Source: Ginkgo biloba
Lineage: Eukaryota > Plantae > Ginkgophyta
Length of the DNA: 25,068 nucleotides
Assembly: GCA_024626585.2 (NCBI GenBank)
Contig: JANKJI020000004.1
Location: forward strand, 121,928,513-121,953,580
Direction: 5' to 3'
This document shows, piece by piece, positions 10,340 through 21,129 of this stretch. A model generated the notes under the pieces. That model was not told the DNA's origin and did not search any database. It saw only the letters and a program-made list of their open reading frames with translations. Within the stretch, counting starts at the first letter, position 1. Each line of letters opens with the position of its first letter. The position numbers and the translations under genes are program-made.

Positions 10340-12140
10340 CAATTTCTTTGTTAGGATTCACCATGACCACATCCATTCTTCAACCTTTCTGTCTATATCA
10401 TCTTGCTCTCCACCCATCTCTATTTTCTAAAGATTGGGTTGCTTGAAACTCTTACCTTCCTCTATGAGGGATTGAAAGCAATTGGAGGTTGGGATCTCAC
10501 TTATTAAAAAATTTTGAGTTATCATTTTCAAGCTTTAATTCTTTCCTCAACACCAAATCATAAACTTTCCCTTTATGCTTATCAAATTTTCTCTCAGGCC
10601 CTAATGGTGGATAATTTTCTTTGTCCACTCCAATCTCTTCCTTGATTTTTAACACTTAAATCATAGGGAAGGTCTTGTATAAAATATCTTACCTTAGTAT
10701 ATTTGTTAGAAAGTCACAAAAGTGGGTCCAAACCAAGAACCTTGTCTTGCCTAGATTTAAGCATAGTAGGGTTGACTTTCAAACTATTGGATATCACGAC
10801 GAGGTTGAGGGATGAGGAGAAAGGGATTGTAGATGTAGCTTTAGCTTTGCTAGTAATAGAAGTTAACACATTATTACTTGAAGAAATAGTCATGGGGGAA
10901 GACAATGTGAAAGATATAGTGATGGGATTTAAGGAAGAAGGCACAATGATCATAGGTAATGCAACTTTAATGATAATCCCATTTTATTGTGTCTCATTCA
11001 ACTTAGTAGATCTAGCTTCTTTAGTAATTTTAGGAATAGTGGGTTTACCAACAAGGGTATTCATAGGGCAATCTTTAACAAAGTGACATGTTTTTTAAAA
11101 TTTGGTTAAAGTATTGAATAGGTTTCTTATAGATCTTATCCTCATCAAATAAATGAATCTCTTTGCATAAGGTTTTGGTGATGTCCACCTCTATAAAGAC
11201 TCCAACATTGGGGTAGACACTAAATTGCCTTTCTACAAGTTTAAGAATCATCCTCCCAAGTGGCTTAATTTCTTCCACAAACTTCCAAAGGAGAAGAGGA
11301 AGACCAAGAAGATCAATCCAAATAGGGTAGGCATTTATGTTAGTTGTAGTTCCATCAAATCCTACATCACACCTCTTAAGGATGAGGGTAGACCCATAAC
11401 AAAGCCAAGGACCATGGGATAAAACCATATCCATAGAATCACTATAAGACAATGAAAACAACATCTAACATTGACCCAAAAATCCAATTGACCTAACCAC
11501 ATTTATTCAATTTTGAGAAAACCAATTTTTAGGTGGAATGCACCCCAAAAAATAACCAACAAATATGCATATAACAATAGATTTTGTGGAAAGTTTAACT
11601 TTTTCTTTGTTTAAAAAATAATAACATTTTTACCTAGTAGACAAGATGATCCAGACATTACTAATGCTCCAAAAACTAACTTGATTCCAACTTGTATGAT
11701 ATTAAGCACTTCTAAGTAGGATGATGTAGTTGGTACAATTGGGGATGACTTGGCACTACAATTGAGGACCCCTACATGTACAACAACAAATGAGAAAGAT
11801 ATTGAAATAAATGGGATCGATAAAAGAAAGATGAAGAATTCTTAAAAATAGTGGGATCAATAGTGGGTGGTAAATAATCTAAACAATCCACATTAACATC
11901 TTGAAATGGAGATAGTACTTGTCTTGAGCACAACTAGTTTAATGTAGCTTTGGTAACAACACCAACCTCCGAGGCATATGACAATAGGGACACATCAACT
12001 TTAGCATATAAGATTGGAAGATAATCTTTTCAGNNNNNNNNNNNNNNNTATCCATCTACTTCCAATCCCAAGAGAACAATACTCATATCAAACTAAGATA
12101 CCTTCACCAACACAAAACTCTAACAAAGCTCTCTCAATTA
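10340..12140 (-). mobile_element. L1-type LINE ORF1 (DUF4283-type) remnant and 5' region
   Basis: ORF 11075-11464 contains VLSHGPWLCYGSTLILKR...YPIWIDLLGLPLLLW...IEVDITKTL, the plant LINE ORF1 GPW / PVWVxLxxLP / VEVD signature. There is an N-terminal SYA motif at ~11975 and a Ser/Thr-rich C-terminal part at 10714-10953. It is collinear with EN and RT. Confidence 0.85.
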
Positions 12141-12423
12141 TACTATATGATTGAATAACCCATAGTAATATATGTTGAACTACAAAGTATTTTATTTTTA
12201 TTGGAGCTAAATTGAGTACTTATTTGACTTTAAAAATCTAAAATGAGGAAAATGTATTCTTTCAAAATAATTAGATATCTCCCAACCTCCTTTAATCCAT
12301 GTAGATCAATAAAAAAATTCTATNNNNNNNNNNNNNNNNNNNNNNNNNNNNNNNNNNNNNNNNNNNNNNNNNNNNNNNNNNNNNNNNNNNNNNNNNNNNN
12401 NNNNNNNNNNNNNNNNNNNNNNN

Positions 12424-13266
12424 AATGTGCCCTAAGAAATAACCAATAACTATGCACGTAACCATATATTTTATGGTAAGTTTAAATTTTTCTTTGTTTA
12501 AAAAATGTTGAAAATTTTACCTAATAGAGAAGATGATCTAATCGTTACTAATGCTCGATAAAGTGACTTGATTCTTGCATGCATTTTATTAAGTGATTAT
12601 AGGTAAGATGATATAGTTGGGACAATTTGGGATGATTTGGCATTATACTCAAGACCCTGATATGTACAATAACAAATGNNNNNNNNNNNNNNNNNNNNNN
12701 NNNNNNNNNNNNNNNNNNNNNNNNNNNGCACGATTAGAAGAAGAATTCTTAAAAATAATGGGATCAATAGTGGATGGTAAAAAACCTAAACTATCCACAT
12801 TAATATCTAAAAGTGGAGACAGTACTTACCTTGAGCATGAATAGTTTAATATAGCTTTAGAAACAATACCAACCTTTGAGGCATATAACAATAGGGACAC
12901 ATCAACCTAATAAACTAAGGAATAGGACAAGGTAAGAAGACAAGCTTCTCAAACTTTCCCCTATTATAGGGTTAGGAGGATGACCTGAACTATCCATCTA
13001 ATCCTGATCCTAAGACCACAACACTCGCATGAAACCAAGCTACCTTCACTGACACAAAACTCTAGCAAGGCTCTCTCAATTATACTAAACTATTTAAGAA
13101 TCCATAGTAATATATGTTGAACTACAAATGATTTTATTTTTATTGGAGCTAAGTTGAGTACCTCTTCAATTTAAGAAGCCTAGAATGAGAGAGAATATTT
13201 TCTATAAAAATCATTGGATCATACCCAAACCCCCTCTGATCCACTTAGAGAAATAAAAGTTTTCTA
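12424..13266 (-). repeat. Diverged second copy of 11537-12323 (LINE ORF1 5' part plus upstream sequence)
   Basis: Collinear alignment by eye, with shared TTTTTCTTTGTTTAAAAAAT, GAAGAATTCTTAAAAATA, CAATAGGGACACATCAAC and GCTCTCTCAATTATACTA. Many substitutions elsewhere. Confidence 0.9.
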
Positions 13267-13989
13267 CCCATGAAATCAATGACAACTAGCATAATTTCAT
13301 ATACTACCCCTCCATCCTAGAGAGTAGGAATGGAAATCATGACCTTTACCAAATTATGAACAACTCTTGTCATTTGACCACATACCCATTTATGTTTAAA
13401 CACAAAGATCAAGAACAAGATCAAAGGTATTGACAATAATGGCATTAAGATAGGATTCTAATGTTCCTCACTTTAGAGTAGGGAATGGAACCTAAATAAA
13501 TACAAATAAAAAAACACAAATACTTAAAAATATTATAAGGAAAAATAAATAAGAGGTAAAAAAGGTCACAAATAAGACATTGCACTAAAAAAGAAGATAG
13601 AGGAGCCAATAGTAGATATAGCAATGCAATGCAATATAATAAATGTTGTAGCTTGGGGATGTAAGAAATGCATAGTACAAATTCATATGATATTAAACAG
13701 AATTTCATATTGGCATTATGGATTATATCATTCATGAAGAACTTAAATGATGTAATGAAGAGTAAACTCTCCAATTATCAATAATTACTAGATCATAACA
13801 TGTACAAAATAATCTTCTTTTTGGTTTTTCCCTAAATCACCATGCACGAAATAATTACTATTACAACATTATTATAGGTGTAAGGTCCCCAAGTATATAA
13901 CATTTATACCATCAAGAAAAAATTTTAATTATCAATAAACATCCATAATAAACTAATATCATGGCATTCTAACAAGATTGATATTCCCA

Positions 13990-14395
13990 TTGTTGAAACT
14001 TCTACAGATTTTGTTAAAAGTCTACATATTTAGTGTCATGCCTCCTTAACTTCAAGTAGTGTTATAAGTAAATCAAATAGTTGGCCCTATTTTGGTGGGA
14101 TTTTAGTAGCGACCACTTCAAGATAATTGTGTAAATCTAACTACCTCTTCTCCTTTGAATCATTCATTTTAAAAGTGGAGAGGAAATGGTATATCGAGAT
14201 GTTATGATTGTCCTCTTGACCTTCCTTCTAAATTTCATTACCATCCTTCAATGTTAATTTCTTTTAAGCAAAGAAGAAAAATTTTAAAGGAGTGTCTCCT
14301 TCTTTGATCCATTATAAATGCACTCTAATTGATGTGCCTTGGAGAGTTAGCACATGGTTCTATGGAGTCAAGAATATTAAGGGACTATAACCATG
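13990..14395 (-). mobile_element. Second LINE ORF2 fragment (EN-RT linker), paralogous to 8900-9177
   Basis: 14096-14256 aligns to ~8984-9146 (GGGATTTTAGTAG, GACCACTTCAAGA, TTAAAAGTGGAG, GGAAATGGTATATC, CTTCAATGTTAAT). GDTPLKFFF at ~14275-14299 corresponds to the GDxNTKFF motif. Confidence 0.85.
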
Positions 14396-15959
14396 NNNNN
14401 NNNNNNNNNNNNNNNNNNNNNNNNNNNNNNNNNNNNNNNNNNNNNNNNNNNNNNNNNNNNNNNNNNNNNNNNNNNNNNNNNNNNNNNNNNNNNNNATCAT
14501 CAAGTTGTATGATCCTTATTCATCGAAGAATGAGGTTGATCTCCATATAATTGAACAACAGGTTGACTATATTAAGGAATTCATTCTATATTTTTAGTTA
14601 CCATTGACTCGAGATACTCTTTTTTATATTAAGGTGTGAGAGACTCGAACTAGTTCCACCACCTCTATCTAGTGGCTAAGAAGGGTCAATTTATTACATA
14701 GGCACTTTGCTATTATTTGAGGAAATTGGAGCATCTCTTTCCATACTTGGTACCATACATAATAGGGACCATTAAAACTTAAGAAGGGAATAATTGATGT
14801 GTCATGCATCAATATTTGCTTATATTCTAGTACTTCACATCAATAGTATTGTCATGCTTATCCTAATTTTGTAAGATAAATACATAATTAAGGCCATATC
14901 ATACACTTAGTTAGTAATTATTCAATGTGTGATTTTTTTATTTATTATATTATATACTTATTTAATTATCTATTTTGTGATTGGATCAAGGGTGCATACT
15001 TTTTCTCCAGCATGCATTTAGTAAGGGTTTTCTTAATTAGTTATTTATTATTATTAGATTAGCAATCCATATAAAACCATGTATTAGGATTTTATTTTGA
15101 TTATTATTGACAATTGTATAGGTAATAATTGAGATTGGTTAGATCTTTGATCATTACACCATTGAGAGTTCTTGGAATTCCCTTTGCAATTACATACTTG
15201 TGTCCTTTGAGATTTAGGAGAAACTTTGAGATCATAATGCATCCTTAGTAGATTCTTAGATTCTCATGTATTTGATTTTTTTATTCAATATTTAGGATAT
15301 TATGAATGTGTAATTGAATTAGACCTAGATTATGGATTATTCTAGTTCATAGCATCAAATTTATTTTTAAGGAAAGGCACATTGACAGATAGGGAAAGGC
15401 ATAGTGCAGCCTAAAAAAGACAAGATGTTGATTGTGTTTCTAACCTAAAGCTTCGAGTCTTATCTAAATAGGTTGATTTCTCAATTTTCATCCATTTCTA
15501 TGCATCTCAAAGATCCGTTCTAACATCCAATATTTATAGGAGGTATCCATCCAATAGTGGAGTGACTTACGGGCAACCCTTGAATAATTTATTTTGTTTC
15601 TATTGAGCTTCCATAAATTTTTGTTTAATGATTGACCCTCCTATATCACATTAATTGGTTTAAGATATTAGTTCAAGTTATAAATTTTTCTATATTGCTA
15701 AAATTTTCTAAAATTCTTTTCTTTGGCCTTCTTTTCCTTTTGGTTCTTAGATATTTTCATTATTTAGGAATTTATATGGTGAAGAGGAAGGATCCCACCA
15801 ATCATGCCTCTATTTATATAGAGGAAGTGAAAAAATTAAGGGAGAANNNNNNNNNNNNNNNNNNNNNNNNNNNNNNNNNNNNNNNNNNNNNNNNNNNNNN
15901 NNNNNTGGGTGTTCCTTTTCATTGACAACTTCTCTTCATGCTTCTATGTCATTAATCAA

Positions 15960-16470
15960 GGTTAATATTAAGAATGATTTGGTATCATTTGACAACACTA
16001 TTGAAGATTATATGGTAAATGAATGGATTCATAATCTTATATTATACTTTGAGACACAGGGCTTCGAGGATGAGCAATAATTCCTTTTTTCTAAGCTCAA
16101 TATGACTATGAATGCACTTTTGTGGTGGGATGCACTTCGTTTACAAAGAGCCAATGTAATATTGTCACCTATCACCTTTTAGCATGAGATGAAGGAGTAT
16201 ATTCATGAGAAGTTCTACCGCATGGATCATTGACAATGGCTTACCACTCATTGGAAAAATTTATGCTATGTTGCATGATAGTTGATGTAATAATATATTG
16301 ATGAGTTTCATAAGCTAAGTATTCATCTTAATGTGATTGATAATGAGGACACTTTATCCCTCAAGTTTATTGTAAACTATATTTATCATATTAGTAGGTT
16401 CTATACGTAATTATAATTGTGATCTTATATTAATTTAAAACGTTTCTTTGAAGGTTGAGAATAAACTAAA
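15960..16470 (+). mobile_element. Degenerate CRM-like Ty3/gypsy gag
   Basis: NEWIHNLILYFETQGFEDEQ*...ALLWWDALRLQ...PITF*HEMKEYIHEKFY...HWKNL...YIDEFHKL...LKF follows the Retrotrans_gag pattern (WW, TW..MK..KFYP, Y..EF). Confidence 0.75.
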
Positions 16471-17289
16471 GAAGGCATCATCTCAACATAAGGGACTAAC
16501 TAGTTCTTTAAATGGATCAAAGAAGAAAAAGGTTTATTATTCCTCTTCTTATGATTACACTTTATCTTCCTTTTCCTCTAAAGGGGAGTAGTGATAGTAT
16601 TTTGGGAAGAAGATTTATAATCTTATTGATGAGGATAATTTTTATGATCATGACGAGTGTTATGGGCACAATAATAATGAATGCTACTCCGACCCCAAGA
16701 ATAAGGAGAAGATAACGAAGAATATTTTGGTGTGCTAGTAAGAAGAGAAGGTGTTTGAAATTTATGGAATTTAGAGTTGGATAGATAATTAGTTTTGACT
16801 AGTACCATCACATCTATCTAAATTTCTAACCATAAGTAGTTTTTTGTTTAGTAGGCCTAAGTGAAAGAGCATCTAGTGACTATCATCGTAAATAATGTAA
16901 GTATGAAGAACCTAATTTATTATCAATTTTTTCATGTTATTTAGGTTCTTACATGGATATATCCTTATCCANNNNNNNNNNNNNNNNNNNNNNNNNNNNN
17001 NNNNNNNNNNNNNNNNNNNNNNNNNNNNNNNNNNNNNNNNNNNNNNNNNNNNNNNNNNNNNNNNNNNNNNNATATAAGGCACTATTCTCTCCTCTCTATA
17101 AACTGAAATTATCAATGAAAGAATCATACTTGTAGAAATTGAAATAATATTGGCCATAAGAAGGTTATTAGTTTTTCATTTAGGAAAGGATACTTCAAAG
17201 AGTTTTACAAGGCTAGGATATAGAGTATTAAGAGGTCCAAATCTCATTCCAAGTTGATGACAAATTGATTCTCTTGGATATCAAAAAAA

Positions 17290-18265
17290 AGATTAAAGAG
17301 AAAAGAGGGAAGTTATTTTTCATGGAGATCCATATCAACAAAGATCTTATGGCAATAATATTTTATCTATAGAGATGAATGAATCTAATTTTTGAATCCA
17401 TTATGAGACAATTTGGCTTGTCTATGATGGAGCATCCTAAACTATATACTTTGGGATGGCTACACAAAGATGTTTTATTAATCATCAATAAACAATACAA
17501 ACTCAAGTTTTATATCACCCCTACTTTTATTAATGAGGTAGAGTGTGATGTAGTCCCACTTTATGAATGTGGGGTGATTTTTTAAAATTCTTTCCTATGG
17601 GATTGATATGTTGAATATATATGAAGAGATAATAAGTACAGACTTGTTAAGGATGGAAAGGATTACATTATTAACTCTAAAAATAGTCAAGATCAAATAG
17701 TTATGATCTCAATTTCTCAAGCATAGAGGATAGTAATTTCCTCACAAATTTTATCTTACTAATGTTAAGAGGTCATAAGATCATAAAGAGAAGAAGCTAC
17801 AAAGGATTATGATTGAAGATGCAGATTAGAAAAAGTAGATGAAAGGTTTTCTTTCCAAATATGAATACGTGTTCAAATAAATAGAGGGAATGTCTCTTAT
17901 TAGTGCCATCCAAGATAATTTATATTTGTAACATGACATGATATTTATAAATTTAGTCCTTTATAAAATATTTATATTCAAGAATGAGGAGATAGATAAA
18001 TAAGATCTACTTGAAAATGTCCACATCAAATCAAGTGCTTGGCCATGTGGATCACTAGTTATTTTGGTACCTAAGAAAGATGTAGTTGGATAATGTGCAT
18101 CAAATTTAGTATATTTTAACAAAATTGCTATCAAGAATAGATATCTGTTACTCAGGATTGAATAACCATTAAATCAACTTCAACGTACTAAATTCTTCAA
18201 TGATATTGAATTCAAGTTGGACTACCACCAAGTGCAAATGGAAGAAGATAGTAGAGAGACTACAA
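17290..18265 (+). mobile_element. Degenerate CRM-like Ty3/gypsy protease and RT N-terminus
   Basis: HPKLYTLGWL...EVECDVVPLYECGVIF*NSFLWD (CRM-type protease C-half), then IKSSAWPCGSLVILVPKKD, NKIAIKNRYLLLRIE and DIEFKLDYHQVQMEED (RT). Homology stops abruptly at 18265. Confidence 0.88.
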
Positions 18266-18280
18266 TGTGAGACTTTCATA

Positions 18281-18304
18281 TGTGTGTGTGTGTGTGTGTG
18301 TGTG
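18281..18304. repeat. (TG)12 microsatellite
   Basis: Read directly from the sequence. Confidence 0.95.
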
Positions 18305-18368
18305 TATTATACTAATATATACAAAAATAATGATACATTTATAACCATAAATATATATTCATGACCTT

Positions 18369-18500
18369 ATGATGGTGGACCAATATGGATCCATCATCAT
18401 GATGATGGTTAATTTACATAGGTTTATTATGACTATGATGGTAGATCCATGTTGATTTAACATCATAGAGATTATAGTCCCACATGGGTCTATCATCATA
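18369..18500. repeat. Degenerate 33-bp tandem repeat x4, self-complementary unit
   Basis: Units start at 18369, 18402, 18435 and 18468; unit 1 is ATGATGGTGGACCAATATGGATCCATCATCATG. An 11-aa periodicity is visible in ORF 18359-18574. Confidence 0.8.
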
Positions 18501-18981
18501 GAGGTAACTAATGACAACATAGGTATGGTAACACTATCCATATACACAAAAAATATAAAAAATATTAAATCCATCCATAACTATTGTTGGAGTTATCAAT
18601 AATCATGGATACTTTAATAATTAACTAAGATAAATTTTAAAAATATGTATAAATAATATTGATAAAGTTATATGAAGAAATATGTACTCTGTATACTTAA
18701 AGAAATAAGTATTTATTTAACTAAAGCTATAGGTAATTATGGTTATCTAAGTACTTCACTATGGTAAAGTCAATACTTAACAATGGTTGGGTTAGTAGTT
18801 AAAAATAGTCATTTTAATATATATTTAAATCCTCTATAAAAATAGAAAAAATATATGATTGATTATATCCTTTCATAATTANNNNNNNNNNNNNNNNNNN
18901 NNNNNNNNNNNNNNNNNNNNNNNNNNNNNNNNNNNNNNNNNNNNNNNNNNNNNNNNNNNNNNNNNNNNNNNNNNNNNNNNN

Positions 18982-19760
18982 AAACCATATTTTCACAACT
19001 TCCATTGTCAATGATTACTTTATAGTACTTGTCTCCTAACAAACACTTTGTTCTAAAAATTATTTTTCTTTGCTCTATATCATTCGCCAGCCTCCTAGTT
19101 TATTCATTCATTGATAGTCTCTTGCTAGTTGGTGGTGGAGTGCTCTTCTCATCCTTTGTTGGTTTCCTTATGCTTGCAATATCCTTCTCTAACATTATCG
19201 GTTGGTTTATAGGTCCTCTCCCCACTCGTTGGTATGGTCCTGTTGTTGGTGACCCAAAGTGCCTCATCAGATAACCTTGTTTGTCACTCCATTTCCTTAT
19301 GCCCCTTATTATAAAAGATGTACAACTCACCATTAAATTATCAAACTTCTCCATTGGTGCATGATTTGCACTTCCTTATCCTTGGCCAAATTTTCTCTTG
19401 GCTCTTCCTTCATCAGTCTATCATCCAATCTTGCCTGACATTCAAATGATCAATGGACTTCTCCACCACATCAATAATATATTATCATATGATGCGATAG
19501 ATATCCACCTTTTACTATTCCTCCTCTTTGTAAAAATAACTCATTTTGAATGAAAATTTTCATACCATTCACATACATTATTATCATTTTATCCTTGTTC
19601 TCCTCATACTCATTAGTTATGGATAATTTATATAATTCTTATGTTTACTCTTATACATTCTGCTCGCTCTGTCTCAAATTCTAAAATTGCTTGAACAAGG
19701 TATAACCATAATTAATAGGCAATAATTTACTCTTTATCATGGAAATCATCTTGGAAGAAG
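18982..19760 (-). mobile_element. Degenerate CRM-like Ty3/gypsy gag (with zinc knuckle) and protease start
   Basis: Minus translation gives KLLPINYGYTLFKQF*NLRQSEQNV*E*T*ELYKL...YVNGMKIFIQNEL. The decayed knuckle YY*CGGEVH*SFEC is at 19438-19479, and EQRKIIFRTKCLLGDKYYKVIIDNGSCENMV is the protease active site (18983-19075). Confidence 0.85.
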
Positions 19761-20031
19761 GGGATTTCATTCCATTTCTCTATGTGTGAACTCGTGATTT
19801 AAGGAAATTACATTTTGTTTATGGCTACCCTAAGAAATAATCCTTTCATTCTCTTAGATGAAATTTATATTGGTGGAGATTTAAAGATTTGGTGTATCAA
19901 TTTCAATGCAAATTCCACCTCGAAGCCATAAAATTATTAGTCTCATTGAAACTATATCTAATAATCCTTAAGAGATTATGATTATGACTCAATCTCAACC
20001 TCATAATGAGGCTGTCCAAGCCTTGAACATA

Positions 20032-20041
20032 CTTCCCCCTT
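20032..20041 (-). other. Possible polypurine tract preceding an LTR start
   Basis: Minus AAGGGGGAAG-TA-TGTTCAAG. Upstream 20045-20473 only weakly resembles a gypsy integrase C-terminus. Confidence 0.35.
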
Positions 20042-21129
20042 GGGATTTGGTTGAAACATCACCTCCAAAGTTAGAATTAGGAATAGACAAATTATTACCC
20101 ATATAACCAATAAGGGTAGATTTTAGAATACCTCTCTCTCAACTAACTAGAGGAAATTCCTACTTTATTATAGATGAGTTATATTCCATATCTTTTGAAA
20201 TGTCACTAATATACATCCTTAGGAGATGTTTAGAATAAAGGAAATCATTCTTGACTACATTGTCAATCATTGTGCCTAAATGTCATTATGGCATCTTCAC
20301 ATTTAACCTATCATACCTTCCTAGCCTAGAACGAAACAAAACTAATCTTACTATCCCATTCCATAGTCCAGTTGAAATTAGTTAATTTATTATTCAAATA
20401 TGTATCATTGGCCTTGGTTGTTCAATTAATTCCATGCAAGTTTATGTATATAAATAGTTAGGGACCAATGATANNNNNNNNNNNNNNNNNNNNNNNNNNN
20501 NNNNNNNNNNNNNNNNNNNNNNNNNNNNNNNNNNNNNNNNNNNNNNNNNNNNNNNNNNNNNNNNNNNNNNNNNNNNNNNNNNNNNNNNNNNNNNNNNNNN
20601 NNNNNNNNNNNNNNNNNNNNNNNNNNNNNNNNNNNNNNNNNNNNNNNNNNNNNNNNNNNNNNNNNNNNNNNNNNNNNNNNNNNNNNNNNNNNNNNNNNNN
20701 NNNNNNNNNNNNNNNNNNNNNNNNNNNNNNNNNNNNNNNNNNNNNNNNNNNNNNNNNNNNNNNNNNNNNNNNNNNNNNNNNNNNNNNNNNNNNNNNNNNN
20801 NNNNNNNNNNNNNNNNNNNNNNNNNNNNNNNNNNNNNNNNNNNNNNNNNNNNNNNNNNNNNNNNNNNNNNNNNNNNNNNNNNNNNNNNNNNNNNNNNNNN
20901 NNNNNNNNNNNNNNNNNNNNNNNNNNTTTATCATGTCCATATGATTCATACTTATCAACTCATCCCAAAGCCACATCATATTGATTTATCCTTTTTTAAT
21001 TCATTTTCATTAGGTCAAATTGTGAGTAGTCTTTCTCCTATCCTAAACTATTTCAAGTAAGTAAATCCATGTTGGTTGAAACAACTATATTGTCAAATTT
21101 GAAATCATTTGCTCCCATTAAGAGACTAA

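Noticed and set aside
15350-15361. PBS of the + strand CRM-like element (TAGCATCAAATT after …TTCA), with LTR at ~14.6-15.35 kb
   Set aside because: It has five mismatches to TGGTATCAGAGC and there is no second LTR to confirm. Plausible but unsupported.
18369-18500. CRISPR-like palindromic repeats
   Set aside because: Units are contiguous and degenerate with no spacers. The context is a eukaryotic TE region with no cas genes.
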